A stretch of DNA of 64,000 nt from an uncultured Acidobacteriota bacterium. GTDB lineage: Bacteria > Acidobacteriota > Thermoanaerobaculia > Multivoradales > SZUA-115. Of the stretch, positions 10,110 through 19,779 are shown piece after piece. Each line of letters begins with the position of its first letter. Position 1 is the first letter of the stretch. A program made the position numbers and the translations under genes. The stretch is from contig CAWDVR010000002.1 of assembly GCA_963805975.1 (NCBI GenBank), positions 800,001-864,000 of the forward strand. Direction: 5' to 3'. The notes under the pieces were generated by a model. It did not search any database, was not told where the DNA came from, and worked only from the letters and a program-made list of their open reading frames with translations.

Positions 10110-10255
10110 GGCTTTGGAAGGACCTCCGGGGGTTGTTTCGACGCACGGCGAGCGTTCCGCCCAGCCGCGCGAAGCGTCGGATGCTACCAGGAAGCCGGAC
10201 CAGGCGCCAGTCCCGGGCGGGCTCGGCGGCCCGGAGAGCATGTTACGCTGTCGCC

Positions 10256-12148
10256 ATGACCAAACGTCTCACGACTCCCATGGTTCGCGACCGGCGCGGA
10301 GCGCCGCTCCGGCCGGCGACCTGGGACGAGGCGTTGGATCGAGCCGCCGCCGGCCTCTCCTCCGTGGTGGAGGCCCGCGGCCCGCGCGCTTTCGGGCTCT
10401 TCAGCTGCTCGAAGGCGACGAACGAGATGAACTACGCGGCGGGCAAGTTCGCGCGCGCGGTCATCGGCTCGAACAACGTCGACAGCTGCAACCGCACCTG
10501 ACACGCCCCGAGCGTCGCCGGTCTGGCGACTGTGTTCGGAGCGGGTGGCGGCACGAGCTCCTACCAGGAGATCGAAGAGACGAGTTGTATCTTGCTGTGG
10601 GGCTCGAACGCGCGGGAGACGCACCCGATCTTCTTCCACCATCTGCTGAAGGGCATGAGAAACGGCGCCCGCCTCTACACGATCGACCCGCGCCGCACCT
10701 CCTCGGCCGCCTGGGCCGACCTGTGGGCCGGGCTCGAGGTGGGCACGGACATCGCGCTCGCCCACACCATGGCGCGGGAGATCATCGCCGCCGGGCTCGT
10801 CAACCAGGAGTTCGTCGAGCACGCGACCAGCGGCTTCGAGGCCTATCGTGAGTCAGTCGAGCCCTGGACTCTGGAGCGCGGCGCGGCCGAGACCGGCGTG
10901 CCGGCGGCGGTGATCCGCGAGATCGCCCACGCCTACGCCCAGGCGCCCCGCGCCATGATCTGCTGGACGCTCGGCATCACCGAGCACCACAACGCGGTCG
11001 ACAACGTGGTGTCGCTCATCAACCTCTCGCTGCTCACCGGCCACGTCGGCCGCTACGGCTCGGGGCTCAACCCGCTCCGGGGCCAGAACAACGTCCAGGG
11101 CGGCGGCGACATGGGGGCGCTCCCCGACCGCCTGCCCGGCTTCCAGCACCTGGAGAACGCGCCGCTGCGCGAGAAGTTCGAGGCCGCCTGGGGCGCCAGG
11201 ATCCCGCCGCAGGGCGGCTGGCACCTCTCGGGGATGTTCGACGCCATGGAACGCGGCGAGCTCACCGCCCTCTACGTGATCGGCGAGAACCCGTTGCGCT
11301 CCGAGGCGGACCAGCACCGGGCGAGGAAGCTGCTCGAGGGCCTCGAGTGCCTGATCGTGCAGGACGTGGTCGAGACCGCCACCTCCGAGATTGCGGACGT
11401 GGTGCTGCCGGCGGCGGCGGGCTGGTGCGAGTCCGAAGGTACTGTCACCTCGAGCGAGCGGCGGGTGCAGCGGGTGCGTCGCGCCCTGCCGCCGCCGGCC
11501 GGCGCCCGCGACGACCTCGAGATCATCTTCGGCCTGGCCAACCGCCTGGGCAAGAGCTGGGGCGAGCCCGACCCCGAGGCGCTCTGGAACGAGCTGCGGA
11601 CCGTCTCCCCCATGCACGCCGGCATGAGCTATGCGCGGCTCGAGGCCGAGGGCGGCATCCAGTGGCCCTGCTACGACGACCACCACCCGGGCGAGCTCTT
11701 CCTGCACAGCCGGCTCTGGGAGCGGCCGGTGAAAGGGCCGCGGGCGCCCTTCAGCGTGGTCGAGCACGACCTGCCGGTCGACCGCCTGGACGACGATTTC
11801 CCGATGCGCCTCACCACCGGCCGCCGGCTCGAGGAGTACAACACCGGCGTGCAGACGGCGGGCTACAGCTCGCCGGTGCGCCGCGGCGAGACCCTGGACC
11901 TCTCCCCCGAGGATGCCGTGCGGCTGGGTTTCGCCGAGGGCGAGAGGGCGCGTGTCTCGTCGCGCCGCGGCAGTGTCGAGGCGCCGGTGCACATCGACCC
12001 CGCCCTGCGGCCGGGGCTGTCGTTCATGACCTTCCACTTCCCCGAGGAAGTGCCCACCAACCTCCTCACCATCGATGCCACGGACCCGCGCTCCGGCACG
12101 GCGGAGTTCAAGGCGACGGCGGTCCGCATCGAGCGCCCAGAGGCCTGA
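10256..12148 (+). CDS. fdhF: Selenocysteine-containing formate dehydrogenase catalytic (Mo/W-bisPGD) subunit, lacking the N-terminal 4Fe-4S domain
   Basis: ORFs 10133..10501 and 10532..12148 are one frame joined by TGA at 10499-10501, giving NNVDSCNRT-U-HAPSVAGL (E. coli FdhF: CARV-U-HGPSVAGL). Also LRGQNNVQG and a C-terminal molybdopterin-dinucleotide binding domain. Confidence 0.9.
10502..10531 (+). promoter_or_regulatory. Bacterial SECIS element
   Basis: Stem GTCGCC (10514-10519) / GGCGAC (10525-10530) with loop GGTCT, starting 12 nt after the UGA; same position and GGUCU apex as the E. coli fdhF SECIS. Confidence 0.85.
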
Positions 12149-12151
12149 GCC

Positions 12152-14080
12152 TTGGACATCCGGGTCACCGGCGCCGAGCCGAGCGCGGAGGAGCGGGCGG
12201 CGGTCGATCGACTGCTCGGGCCGGCGCCTTCGAGCTGGGAGGGCGGGGAGCGGGGCCGGGGTGAGGACGCGCGGTCCGCTCGCGCCGGCTTCCACGAGTC
12301 CCGCGAGCGGCGGGACCTGCTGCTGCCGGCGCTCCACGCCGTGCAGGACCGCGTGGGCTGGATCAGCGAGGGCGCGCTCAACTACATTTGCCTGCGGCTG
12401 ATCGTGCCGCCCGCCGAGGCCTGGGGCGTGGTGAGCTTCTACCACCTGTTCGCGACCGAGCCCCGGCCGCCGCTGGTGGTCCACGTCTGTGACGACCTCG
12501 CCTGCCGGCTCCACGGCGCGGAGCGGCTGTGCACAGCTCTCGAGCACTCGGCAGGGCCGGAGCGAGCGCCGCTCGCCGGCGGCCGCACCACCTGGCAGCG
12601 CAGCCCCTGCCTCGGCCAGTGCGAGCGCGCCCCGGCGGTGCTGGTCCAGACCGCCGGCGAGGCGCCGCACGCCGAGGTGCTGGCCCCGGTGGCGGAGGCG
12701 GACGTGCTCGGTGCTCTCGGCCTCGCCCTGGACCGAGTGCAAGTACCTGCCGCCGGAAATGACCTGGAGGCAGTGCCGGATCGCCTCGCCGCAGCGCGCG
12801 TGTCCACACCCCAGGCGGGAAGCGACGGCCTGCGGCTCCTCGCCCGGGTCGGCGTGGTCGACCCCGAGAGCCTCGAGGCCTACCGCGCGAGCGGCGGCTA
12901 TCAGGCCCTCGCCCGCGCCCTGGAGCTGGGACCCGCGGGCGTGACCGGAGAGGTGCTGGCCTCGAAGCTCCTGGGCCGCGGCGGCGCCGCCTTCCCCACC
13001 GGCCGCAAGTGGCAGGCGGTGGCCGCGGCCCCGGCCCTGCCGCGCTACCTGGTGTGCAATGCCGACGAGTCCGAGCCCGGCACGTTCAAGGACCGGGTAT
13101 TGCTCGAGGAAGACCCCTTCGCGGTCGTCGAGTCGATGACGATCGCGGCTTTCGCCTGCGGCTGCGAGCGCGGCTTCGTCTACCTGCGCGGCGAGTACCC
13201 TCTCGCCCACCGGCGCTTGGATAACGCCATCGCCGCGGCACGGCAGGCCGGTCTCCTGGGCGACGACGTGGCCGGTTCGAGCTTCCGCTTCGATCTCGAG
13301 ATCCGCCGCGGCGCTGGCGCCTACATCTGCGGCGAGGAGACGGCGCTCTTCAACTCGATCGAGGGCAAGCGCGGCGAGCCGCGCTCGAAGCCGCCGTTCC
13401 CCAGCGAGTTCGGCCTGTTCGGCAAGCCGACGGTGGTCAACAACGTCGAGACCCTGGCCAACGTGCCCTGGGTCCTGCGCGAAGGCGGCGCGGCCTTCGC
13501 CGCGCTCGGCAGCGGCGGCTCGACCGGCAGCAAGCTGTTCTGCGTCTCCGGCCACGTCACCCGGCCGGGTCTCTACGAGGTGCCGTTCGGCACCACGCTG
13601 GGAGAGCTGCTGGAGCTGGCGGGCGGGGTCGCCGGGGGGCGAAGCCTCGCGGCCATCCTCTTGGGCGGGGCCGCGGGCGCCTTCGTGGGGCCGGAGGCTC
13701 TCGCCACCCCTCTCACCTTCGAAGGCACCCGCGCCGCGGGCGCCACGCTCGGCTCGGGCGTGGTGCTGGTCTACGACGAGACCGCCGACTTGGGCGACGC
13801 CCTGCTGCGCGTCGCGAGCTTCTTCCGGCACGAGTCCTGCGGCCAGTGCGTGCCCTGCCGGGTGGGCACCGTGCGCCAGGAAGAGCTGCTCCAGCGCTTG
13901 CGCCGAGCCCGGCCCCTGGGCTCGCGGGCCGAGGAGCTGGCGCTCTTTGCCGAGCTCTCGCAGGCGATGCGCGACGCCTCGATCTGCGGCCTCGGCCAAA
14001 CCGCCTCCTCCGCCATCGAGTCCGCCCTCGCCCGCTTCGATCCCTTCCCTGCCGCCCCTCCCTTTGGAGCGCAGCCGTGA
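12152..14080 (+). CDS. NuoE-NuoF fusion diaphorase subunit (NAD-binding, FMN, 2Fe-2S, 4Fe-4S) of the FDH complex
   Basis: NuoE CDDLAC...CLGQC; NuoF GRGGAAFPTGRKW, NADESEPGTFKDR, GAGAYICGEETAL, ESCGQCVPCRVG, ICGLG. Confidence 0.92.
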   Translation: MDIRVTGAEPSAEERAAVDRLLGPAPSSWEGGERGRGEDARSARAGFHESRERRDLLLPALHAVQDRVGWISEGALNYICLRLIVPPAEAWGVVSFYHLFATEPRPPLVVHVCDDLACRLHGAERLCTALEHSAGPERAPLAGGRTTWQRSPCLGQCERAPAVLVQTAGEAPHAEVLAPVAEADVLGALGLALDRVQVPAAGNDLEAVPDRLAAARVSTPQAGSDGLRLLARVGVVDPESLEAYRASGGYQALARALELGPAGVTGEVLASKLLGRGGAAFPTGRKWQAVAAAPALPRYLVCNADESEPGTFKDRVLLEEDPFAVVESMTIAAFACGCERGFVYLRGEYPLAHRRLDNAIAAARQAGLLGDDVAGSSFRFDLEIRRGAGAYICGEETALFNSIEGKRGEPRSKPPFPSEFGLFGKPTVVNNVETLANVPWVLREGGAAFAALGSGGSTGSKLFCVSGHVTRPGLYEVPFGTTLGELLELAGGVAGGRSLAAILLGGAAGAFVGPEALATPLTFEGTRAAGATLGSGVVLVYDETADLGDALLRVASFFRHESCGQCVPCRVGTVRQEELLQRLRRARPLGSRAEELALFAELSQAMRDASICGLGQTASSAIESALARFDPFPAAPPFGAQP

Positions 14081-14985
14081 GCACCGACCCGATCTGGTTC
14101 AACCCGGCCCCGCCGCCGTCTCGCGTGCCGGCGGCGCCGCCCCGCGCGCCACGACCGCAGGTGGAGCTCTCGATCGACGGCCAGGCGGTCACCGTGGAGC
14201 AGGGCGCGACCGTGCTCGAGGCCTGCCGGAAAGCCGGCGTCGAGGTGCCGACCCTCTGCTACCTGGAGACGCTCACGCCGGTCAACGCCTGCCGCCTCTG
14301 CGTGGTGGAGCAGGAAGGCGCGAGGGTGCTGGTGCCGGCCTGCTCGCGCAAGGCCGAGCCGGGGATGAAGATCCACACCAACTCGGAGCGCGTGCGGCTG
14401 TCGCGCAAGCTGGTGCTGGAGCTCCTGGGCTCGTCAGTCGATCTCTCGACCGCTCCCGGCCTGGCCGAGACCATGGCCGAGTATGGCGCCCGCCCGGAGC
14501 GCTTCGGCACCGGTGCCACCGTGGCGCAGCCGCCCAAGATCGACAACGACCTCTACGTGCGTGACTACGGCAAGTGCGTGCTTTGCTACAAGTGCGTGGA
14601 GGCCTGCGGCTACGACGCCCAGAACACCTTCGCCATCGCCGTGGCCGGCCGCGGCTTCGACGCCCACATCTCGACCGAGTGGGACGTGCCGCTGCCCACC
14701 TCGGCCTGCGTCTACTGCGGCAACTGCATCGCCGTCTGCCCCACCGGGGCGCTGATGGCGAGCCCCGAGTTCGAGCTGCGCCGCGAAGGAAAATGGGACG
14801 AGTCCCGCCAGACGAAGACCGACACCATCTGCGGCTACTGCGGCGTGGGCTGCACCCTCACCCTGCACGTCCAGGACGAGCGCATCGTCAAGGCCACCTC
14901 GCCCTTCGAGAACTCCGTGACGCAGGGCAATCTTTGCGTCAAGGGCAGGTTCGGGTTCGAGTTCGTGCAGAAAGGGCGGGGCTAG
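14077..14985 (+). CDS. Fe-S subunit (2Fe-2S + 2x4Fe-4S + Molybdop_Fe4S4), equivalent to the detached FDH alpha N-terminus
   Basis: GTG start overlaps the upstream stop (GTGA). PTLC..ACRLC..PAC; CVLCYKCVEAC; CVYCGNCIAVCP; C-terminal TICGYCGVGC...NLCVKGRFG. Confidence 0.9.
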   Translation: MSTDPIWFNPAPPPSRVPAAPPRAPRPQVELSIDGQAVTVEQGATVLEACRKAGVEVPTLCYLETLTPVNACRLCVVEQEGARVLVPACSRKAEPGMKIHTNSERVRLSRKLVLELLGSSVDLSTAPGLAETMAEYGARPERFGTGATVAQPPKIDNDLYVRDYGKCVLCYKCVEACGYDAQNTFAIAVAGRGFDAHISTEWDVPLPTSACVYCGNCIAVCPTGALMASPEFELRREGKWDESRQTKTDTICGYCGVGCTLTLHVQDERIVKATSPFENSVTQGNLCVKGRFGFEFVQKGRG

Positions 14986-16308
14986 CTAGCCGCCCAGCGC
15001 CCGCTTCAGCCAGCTTCCCTTGACGCCCTTGAGCATCTTGCGCATGCCCTTGTACTGCTTCAGGAGCTTGTTGATGTCCTGGACGGTGGTGCCGGAGCCC
15101 TGGGCGATGCGCCGCTTGCGGCTGCCGTCCAAGAGCTGAGGCAGGCGGCGCTCGCGGGCGGTCATCGAGTTGACGATCGCCTCGACGCGCTGCAACTGGC
15201 TCTCGTCCACGTTGGCGGCGTCGAGCCCCTTGAGCGGCCCCACCTTGGGCATCAGCTCCATCACCTGGCCCAAGGGCCCCATCTTCCGCAACTGGCGGAG
15301 CTGATCGCGCAGGTCCTCGAGCGTGAACTCGCGGGAGATCAGGCGCTTGGCCAGGCGCTCGGTCTCGCCCGAGTCGAGCCCCTTTTCGGCCTTCTCGATC
15401 AGCGACAGCACGTCGCCCATGCCGAGCATGCGCGAGGCGATGCGGTCCGGGTGGTAGAGCTCCAGGTCGTCGGCCTTCTCGCCCATGCCGACGTAGCGGA
15501 TCGGCACCTGGGCAACAGTACGGATCGAGAGCGCCGCTCCGCCGCGGCTGTCGCCGTCGAGCTTGGTCAGGATGACGCCGGTGAGCGGGAGCTGCTCGGC
15601 GAACTCCTGGGCGCTCTTGACCGCGTCCTGGCCGGTCATGGCGTCGGCCACGAAGAGGGTCTCGGAGGGCTTGATGAGCTCGGCCAGCGCGCGGATCTCC
15701 TGCATCAGCGCCGCGTCCACGTGCAGGCGGCCGGCGGTGTCGACGATCACTACGTCGTGGCCGCGGTCCTTCGCCTCGCGGATGGCACGGGGAGCGAGCT
15801 CGAGCACCGTCTCGCCCGGCTGCGGTGTCGCCACCGCCACTCCCACCCCGGCCCCCACCTGCCGGAGCTGCTCGACGGCCGCGGCGCGCTGCAGGTCGCC
15901 GGCCACCAGCAACGGGTGGCGGCCGCGGGCCTTGAGCTGCTTGGCGAGCTTGCCGGCGGTGGTGGTCTTGCCCGAGCCCTGGAGGCCGCAGAGCATGACC
16001 ACCGTGGGACGGCCGTCGAGCTTGAGCTCGGCCCCGGCACCGGGGCCGCCCAGGAGCTCGATCAGCTCGTCGCGGACGATCTTGATCACCTGCTGGGCGC
16101 CCGACAGGCTGGCCAGCACCTCCTGGCCCTCGGCCCGCTCGCGCACGCGGTCGATGAACGGCTTGACCACACGCACGTGGACGTCCGCCTCGAGGAGCGC
16201 CAGGCGCACCTGGCGCAGCGCCCCGGCCAGCACGTCGGCGGAGATGCGGCCCTCACCCCGAAGCTGGTGAAAGACCTCTTGCAGCTTGCCCTGGAGACCG
16301 TCGAACAT
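14986..16308 (-). CDS. ffh: Signal recognition particle protein
   Basis: GLQGSGKTTT, DTAGRLH, DAMTGQDA, TKLDGDSRGGAALS, RMLGMGD; M domain with SRKRRIAQGSG. Confidence 0.97.
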   Translation of the reverse strand: MFDGLQGKLQEVFHQLRGEGRISADVLAGALRQVRLALLEADVHVRVVKPFIDRVRERAEGQEVLASLSGAQQVIKIVRDELIELLGGPGAGAELKLDGRPTVVMLCGLQGSGKTTTAGKLAKQLKARGRHPLLVAGDLQRAAAVEQLRQVGAGVGVAVATPQPGETVLELAPRAIREAKDRGHDVVIVDTAGRLHVDAALMQEIRALAELIKPSETLFVADAMTGQDAVKSAQEFAEQLPLTGVILTKLDGDSRGGAALSIRTVAQVPIRYVGMGEKADDLELYHPDRIASRMLGMGDVLSLIEKAEKGLDSGETERLAKRLISREFTLEDLRDQLRQLRKMGPLGQVMELMPKVGPLKGLDAANVDESQLQRVEAIVNSMTARERRLPQLLDGSRKRRIAQGSGTTVQDINKLLKQYKGMRKMLKGVKGSWLKRALGG

Positions 16309-16401
16309 GGATTGCACCTCGTGGCGCCACCCTGACGATCGGGCGGCGGGAGGCGGATGCTACCACCGGCGGAAGGGGCCGGCGCTGCTAGAATTCCCGA
16401 C

Positions 16402-16672
16402 ATGAGCGACCCGACCTCGACCGCGTCGAAACGAGCGCGCGGCAACGCGGAAAGGCTGGCCGATACGGGTCTACCGGCTTGGTGGCGAGCCTTCCGCCGA
16501 CCTCAGTGCCACGACCACTGCCACCGACCGGTTGTCCATGATGTGGCCTCTGGCACTGGATGCCTGGACCCTTGCCGGTCGCACGATCCCCGACTACCCG
16601 CGGCACCAGACGCCCTGCTTTCTTCGGCGCCCGCTCGCGGGCTCGGCGCACGCCGTTGGAGCCCGCGACTGA
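16402..16672 (+). pseudogene. Small hypothetical protein (frameshifted near the 5' end) coupled to the nucleotidyltransferase
   Basis: Not in the ORF track. The +1 frame reads ERAATRKGWPIRVYRLGGEPSADLSATTTATDRLSMMWPLALDAWTLAGRTIPDYPRHQTP...* and its TGA overlaps the next CTG start. ATG 16402 is out of frame by one base. Confidence 0.55.
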
Positions 16673-17421
16673 ACGACGACTTCCAGGATTTGCTCGCTGC
16701 GCTGCAGGCGACCGAATCGCGATTCCTGATCGTCGGGGCTCACGCTCTCGCGGTCCATGGCGTCCCTCGCGCGACAGGCGATCTCGACGTCTGGGTGCGC
16801 CCTGACTCCGAGAACGCGGCTCGCGTGCTCCGCGCGCTGATCGAGTTCGGGGCGCCGATCGAGTCATTGAAGGTGACGATCGGCGATCTCTCCTCACCAG
16901 GGATGGTGTTGCAGATCGGGCTGCCTCCTCGGCGTATCGACATCTTGACCGAGATCAGCGGTGTCGACTTCGACGAAGCCTGGGCTTCACGCACCGTGGC
17001 TACGGTGGGCGCGCTTCAGATCTCTTTCCTGGGCCGAGAGGCGTTCCTGCGAAACAAGCGAGCCAGCGGGCGTCCGAAGGATTTGCTGGACATCTCCCTA
17101 CTCGACGCCGAGACTCGACGACGAGAGCAGCGACTGACTGCACGAGCGGCTGCGGTGGTCGTGATCCCGGCTGAAAGGCCGGAACGCCGTGCGACAGGCG
17201 TCCCGGCAGGTGCAGGCGAGTCAGCTTACGGCGTAACCTCGATCAGGCGGTCGGTGTTGTACTCGGTGACGAAGATCGAGCCGGACACCGGGTCGAGGAG
17301 CATGCTGGTCGGGCCTTCGAGGTCGTCGACCAGCACGGTCGGCGGGCCGGCGGGCGTGGCGAAGTGCAGGATGCGGCCGTGGCCGCCGCCCAGCAGGTTG
17401 GACGAGTGCTCGAGCACGTAG
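16669..17421 (+). CDS. Nucleotidyltransferase family protein (MNT-like)
   Basis: LNDDFQDLL...FLIVGAHALAVHGVPRATGDLDVWV (G..D-x-D motif)...NKRASGRPKDLLDI. The family-like part ends near 17110; the tail overlapping the next gene may be an indel artefact. Confidence 0.75.
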   Translation: MNDDFQDLLAALQATESRFLIVGAHALAVHGVPRATGDLDVWVRPDSENAARVLRALIEFGAPIESLKVTIGDLSSPGMVLQIGLPPRRIDILTEISGVDFDEAWASRTVATVGALQISFLGREAFLRNKRASGRPKDLLDISLLDAETRRREQRLTARAAAVVVIPAERPERRATGVPAGAGESAYGVTSIRRSVLYSVTKIEPDTGSRSMLVGPSRSSTSTVGGPAGVAKCRMRPWPPPSRLDECSST

Positions 17422-18528
17422 TAGCTGCTGCCGTCCACCTGCACGTCGATGACACAGGACAGACCGGTGATCAGCGGCGTGCTGGTGCCGTCGGTGCTGT
17501 TGTAGGAGTGGATCTCCGAGCGGCCGGGCACGAACGGCGAGCCGGTGAAGAGTGTCACCAGCAGGCCGCCGCCGGCGCCGTGGCGCACCCGGTTCGAGAC
17601 CACCTCGACGGTGGGCCGGCCGGAGCCCGGGAAGTTCGGGTTGGGGAGCTCGGCGAAGATCGTCTTGCTGACCAGCTTGCCGCTGGCGAACGGAGCGCTC
17701 CGGATGCGGTTGGAGCCGGCGTCGGCGATCCAGAGCGTGGTCCGATCCGCCAGGCGGTCGCCCAGGGGGCTGTCGAGGTTGTTCCAGGCGAAGCGCTCGG
17801 CGGAGGCGAGGACCGCCGCCTCGCTGGCACCGTGGTCCAGCTCGTCGAGGTAACGCTGGGCATTGAGGTCACGCAGGTCCCGCACCGTGAGCCCGCCGGT
17901 CAGCGCCAGGCCGAACGGGTTCGCCTTGCGGACGACGGTGCGCGGGTCCTGGATCAGGTCGCGGACGTCGGCCACCAGGCGCACGGTGGCGTGCTCGCCG
18001 GAGGCGTTGCTGAGCTCCACGTTGTAGCCGTCCGCGAGCTGGCCGTGCTGCGCCACGGTGAGCGCCAGCCCCTCGACGACGGCGTCGAGCGGGCGGTCGA
18101 AGGTGGCGACCACCACCGAGCTCATGATCGGCGAGGAGGGCCCGATCGGGTTCGGCGCGTCCTGGCCGGCGGCGGCGCCGCGCTTCACCACGTCACCCTC
18201 GCCGATGAGGATGATCAGCGTACGACCCTTGAGGATGACGTCGTGCGGGCCCGAGGGAGCGCCGGTCGCGGGGATGCCGGCAGGCAGGCCGGAGAGCAGC
18301 GAGCGGACGACACCGGACGAGCGGGCGACCAGCGAGATACGCCCGACGTTGGTGCCGAAGCCGGACTCGGCGACCACCAGGTTGCCGGCGTCCGAGAAGA
18401 CCACGGAGGTCGGCGAGACCACGGGCGCGAGAACATCGTGCTGGGCGCTGGCGATCGGAGCGGCCGACGACAGCCGCTACGAGCGCAGCTCCGAAGATCA
18501 GAAAACGACAGAATCGTGCTGCAGACAT
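17226..18528 (-). CDS. ScyD/ScyE-family beta-propeller secreted protein (frameshift near 18475)
   Basis: Signal peptide MSAARFCRFLIFGAALVAA lies in a different frame from the body. Body has LVVAESG, ANPFGL, IADAGSN, EVVSNRV..LLVTLFTGSPF, IDV..DG..YVLE. Confidence 0.7.
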
Positions 18529-18640
18529 GGAAAACCCTCCTTGCGATTTAATGGTGACGGTCCTCTAGTGCCCGGAGGCGTGGCAAAGGGGACAGCTCGC
18601 GCAAAGAGGTTCGTTCAGGCCGGAGGGCAGCCCCTTCGCC

Positions 18641-19705
18641 TCATGGGCACGTCGCCAGCGCCCCGGTGTCGGTGATGGTCACCGCAGTGCGGCCGAGGGG
18701 GTTGTGGTAGCTCGCCTGCTGGCCGGTCGAGAGGTCGGTGACGGTCAGGTCGTACTCCACGTTGGTGGTGCCGGCGGCGAACACCCAGTAGCGGCCATTG
18801 ACCGCGCAGCCGTCGAGCACCTTCACCTGCAGCTCCCAGTTGCTGTCGCGGAAGAACCACAGGAGTCCGGCGTCGGCGGTGCGGGCCTCCGTGGCGCGGG
18901 CCGCGCCGACGAGGCCGGAGGGCGCGCGCCAGGTGGCCTCGACGGCGAAGCGGCCCTCCCGCAGGCAGAGGCGGGTGTCGCTCGGCTGGCAGCCGCCGGC
19001 CGTGTGGTAGGTCTGTGAGAGCAGAAATGCGAAGCCTTCCTCGAACGTGCCCGGCGGCCAGCCGCTGTGGCCCTGGCCGGGTGCGATCTCGCTCTCGACC
19101 GCCACACCGAGCCGCTGGAGCTGGTCGCGGATGGCGGCGAAGCTCTGGCCGGTGTAGTTGGGGTCCTGGTTGCCGTAGTAGAGGCGGATGGGCGCCGTGT
19201 AGTCCGCGTCCTCCACCCCGAGCACCGTACGGTAAGGCGCACCCAGGGAGAAAACCCCTGCAAAGCGCAGCCTGGTGCCGTAGGCGAGCACGAAGGCATA
19301 GGCGCCGCCCGAGGAATGGCCGGCGATCGACACCCGCCGGGGGTCGACCGTGATCTCGGCCCGCAACTGGCGCAGGCTGTCCTCGATCGTCGCCTGGTCG
19401 TCACCGATGCCGAAGCCGAGGTTGGAGACCGACTTGGGCAGGACCAGCGCGCAGCCGAGGGCGTCGGCCACGGGCTCGAGAAGGTCCTGCCAGTGCTCGG
19501 GAAAGGCCCCGGAGCCGTGCAGGAAGACGACGACCGGCGCCGGCTGGCCCTGGTCCAGCGCCGCCGGCAGGTAGCGGAGGGCGTACTCGCCCGTGGCCTC
19601 GATCTCGTAGCGCCGCCAGCCCGGGTCGGCCGCCCAGGCCGAGCCGGCGAGGAGAACAGGCAGCGCCAGGAGGGCTGCGCGAACGATCCGATGCCGGTTT
19701 CCCAT
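18641..19705 (-). CDS. Secreted alpha/beta-hydrolase (esterase/PHB-depolymerase-like) with Cys-flanked C-terminal domain
   Basis: Signal peptide; VVFLHGSG; GHSSGG nucleophile elbow; D and H residues for a triad; C-terminal CQPSDTRLCL..GRF..WFF..NWE..VKVLDGC..NG.YWVF..T.V.Y...CP. Confidence 0.8.
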   Translation of the reverse strand: MGNRHRIVRAALLALPVLLAGSAWAADPGWRRYEIEATGEYALRYLPAALDQGQPAPVVVFLHGSGAFPEHWQDLLEPVADALGCALVLPKSVSNLGFGIGDDQATIEDSLRQLRAEITVDPRRVSIAGHSSGGAYAFVLAYGTRLRFAGVFSLGAPYRTVLGVEDADYTAPIRLYYGNQDPNYTGQSFAAIRDQLQRLGVAVESEIAPGQGHSGWPPGTFEEGFAFLLSQTYHTAGGCQPSDTRLCLREGRFAVEATWRAPSGLVGAARATEARTADAGLLWFFRDSNWELQVKVLDGCAVNGRYWVFAAGTTNVEYDLTVTDLSTGQQASYHNPLGRTAVTITDTGALATCP

Positions 19706-19779
19706 GCCGTGCCAGCCTAGCAGGCCCGTGCCGCCCGCGGCAGCCCCGGTGGCTCCGCGGTTTACAATCCCGTCCGCCC

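Noticed and set aside
10499-10501. Premature stop implying an fdh pseudogene
   Set aside because: The codon is at the Sec/Cys ligand position and is followed by a SECIS hairpin.
17226-18528. Scytonemin biosynthesis
   Set aside because: ScyD/E-like propellers are widespread and no other scy genes are present.
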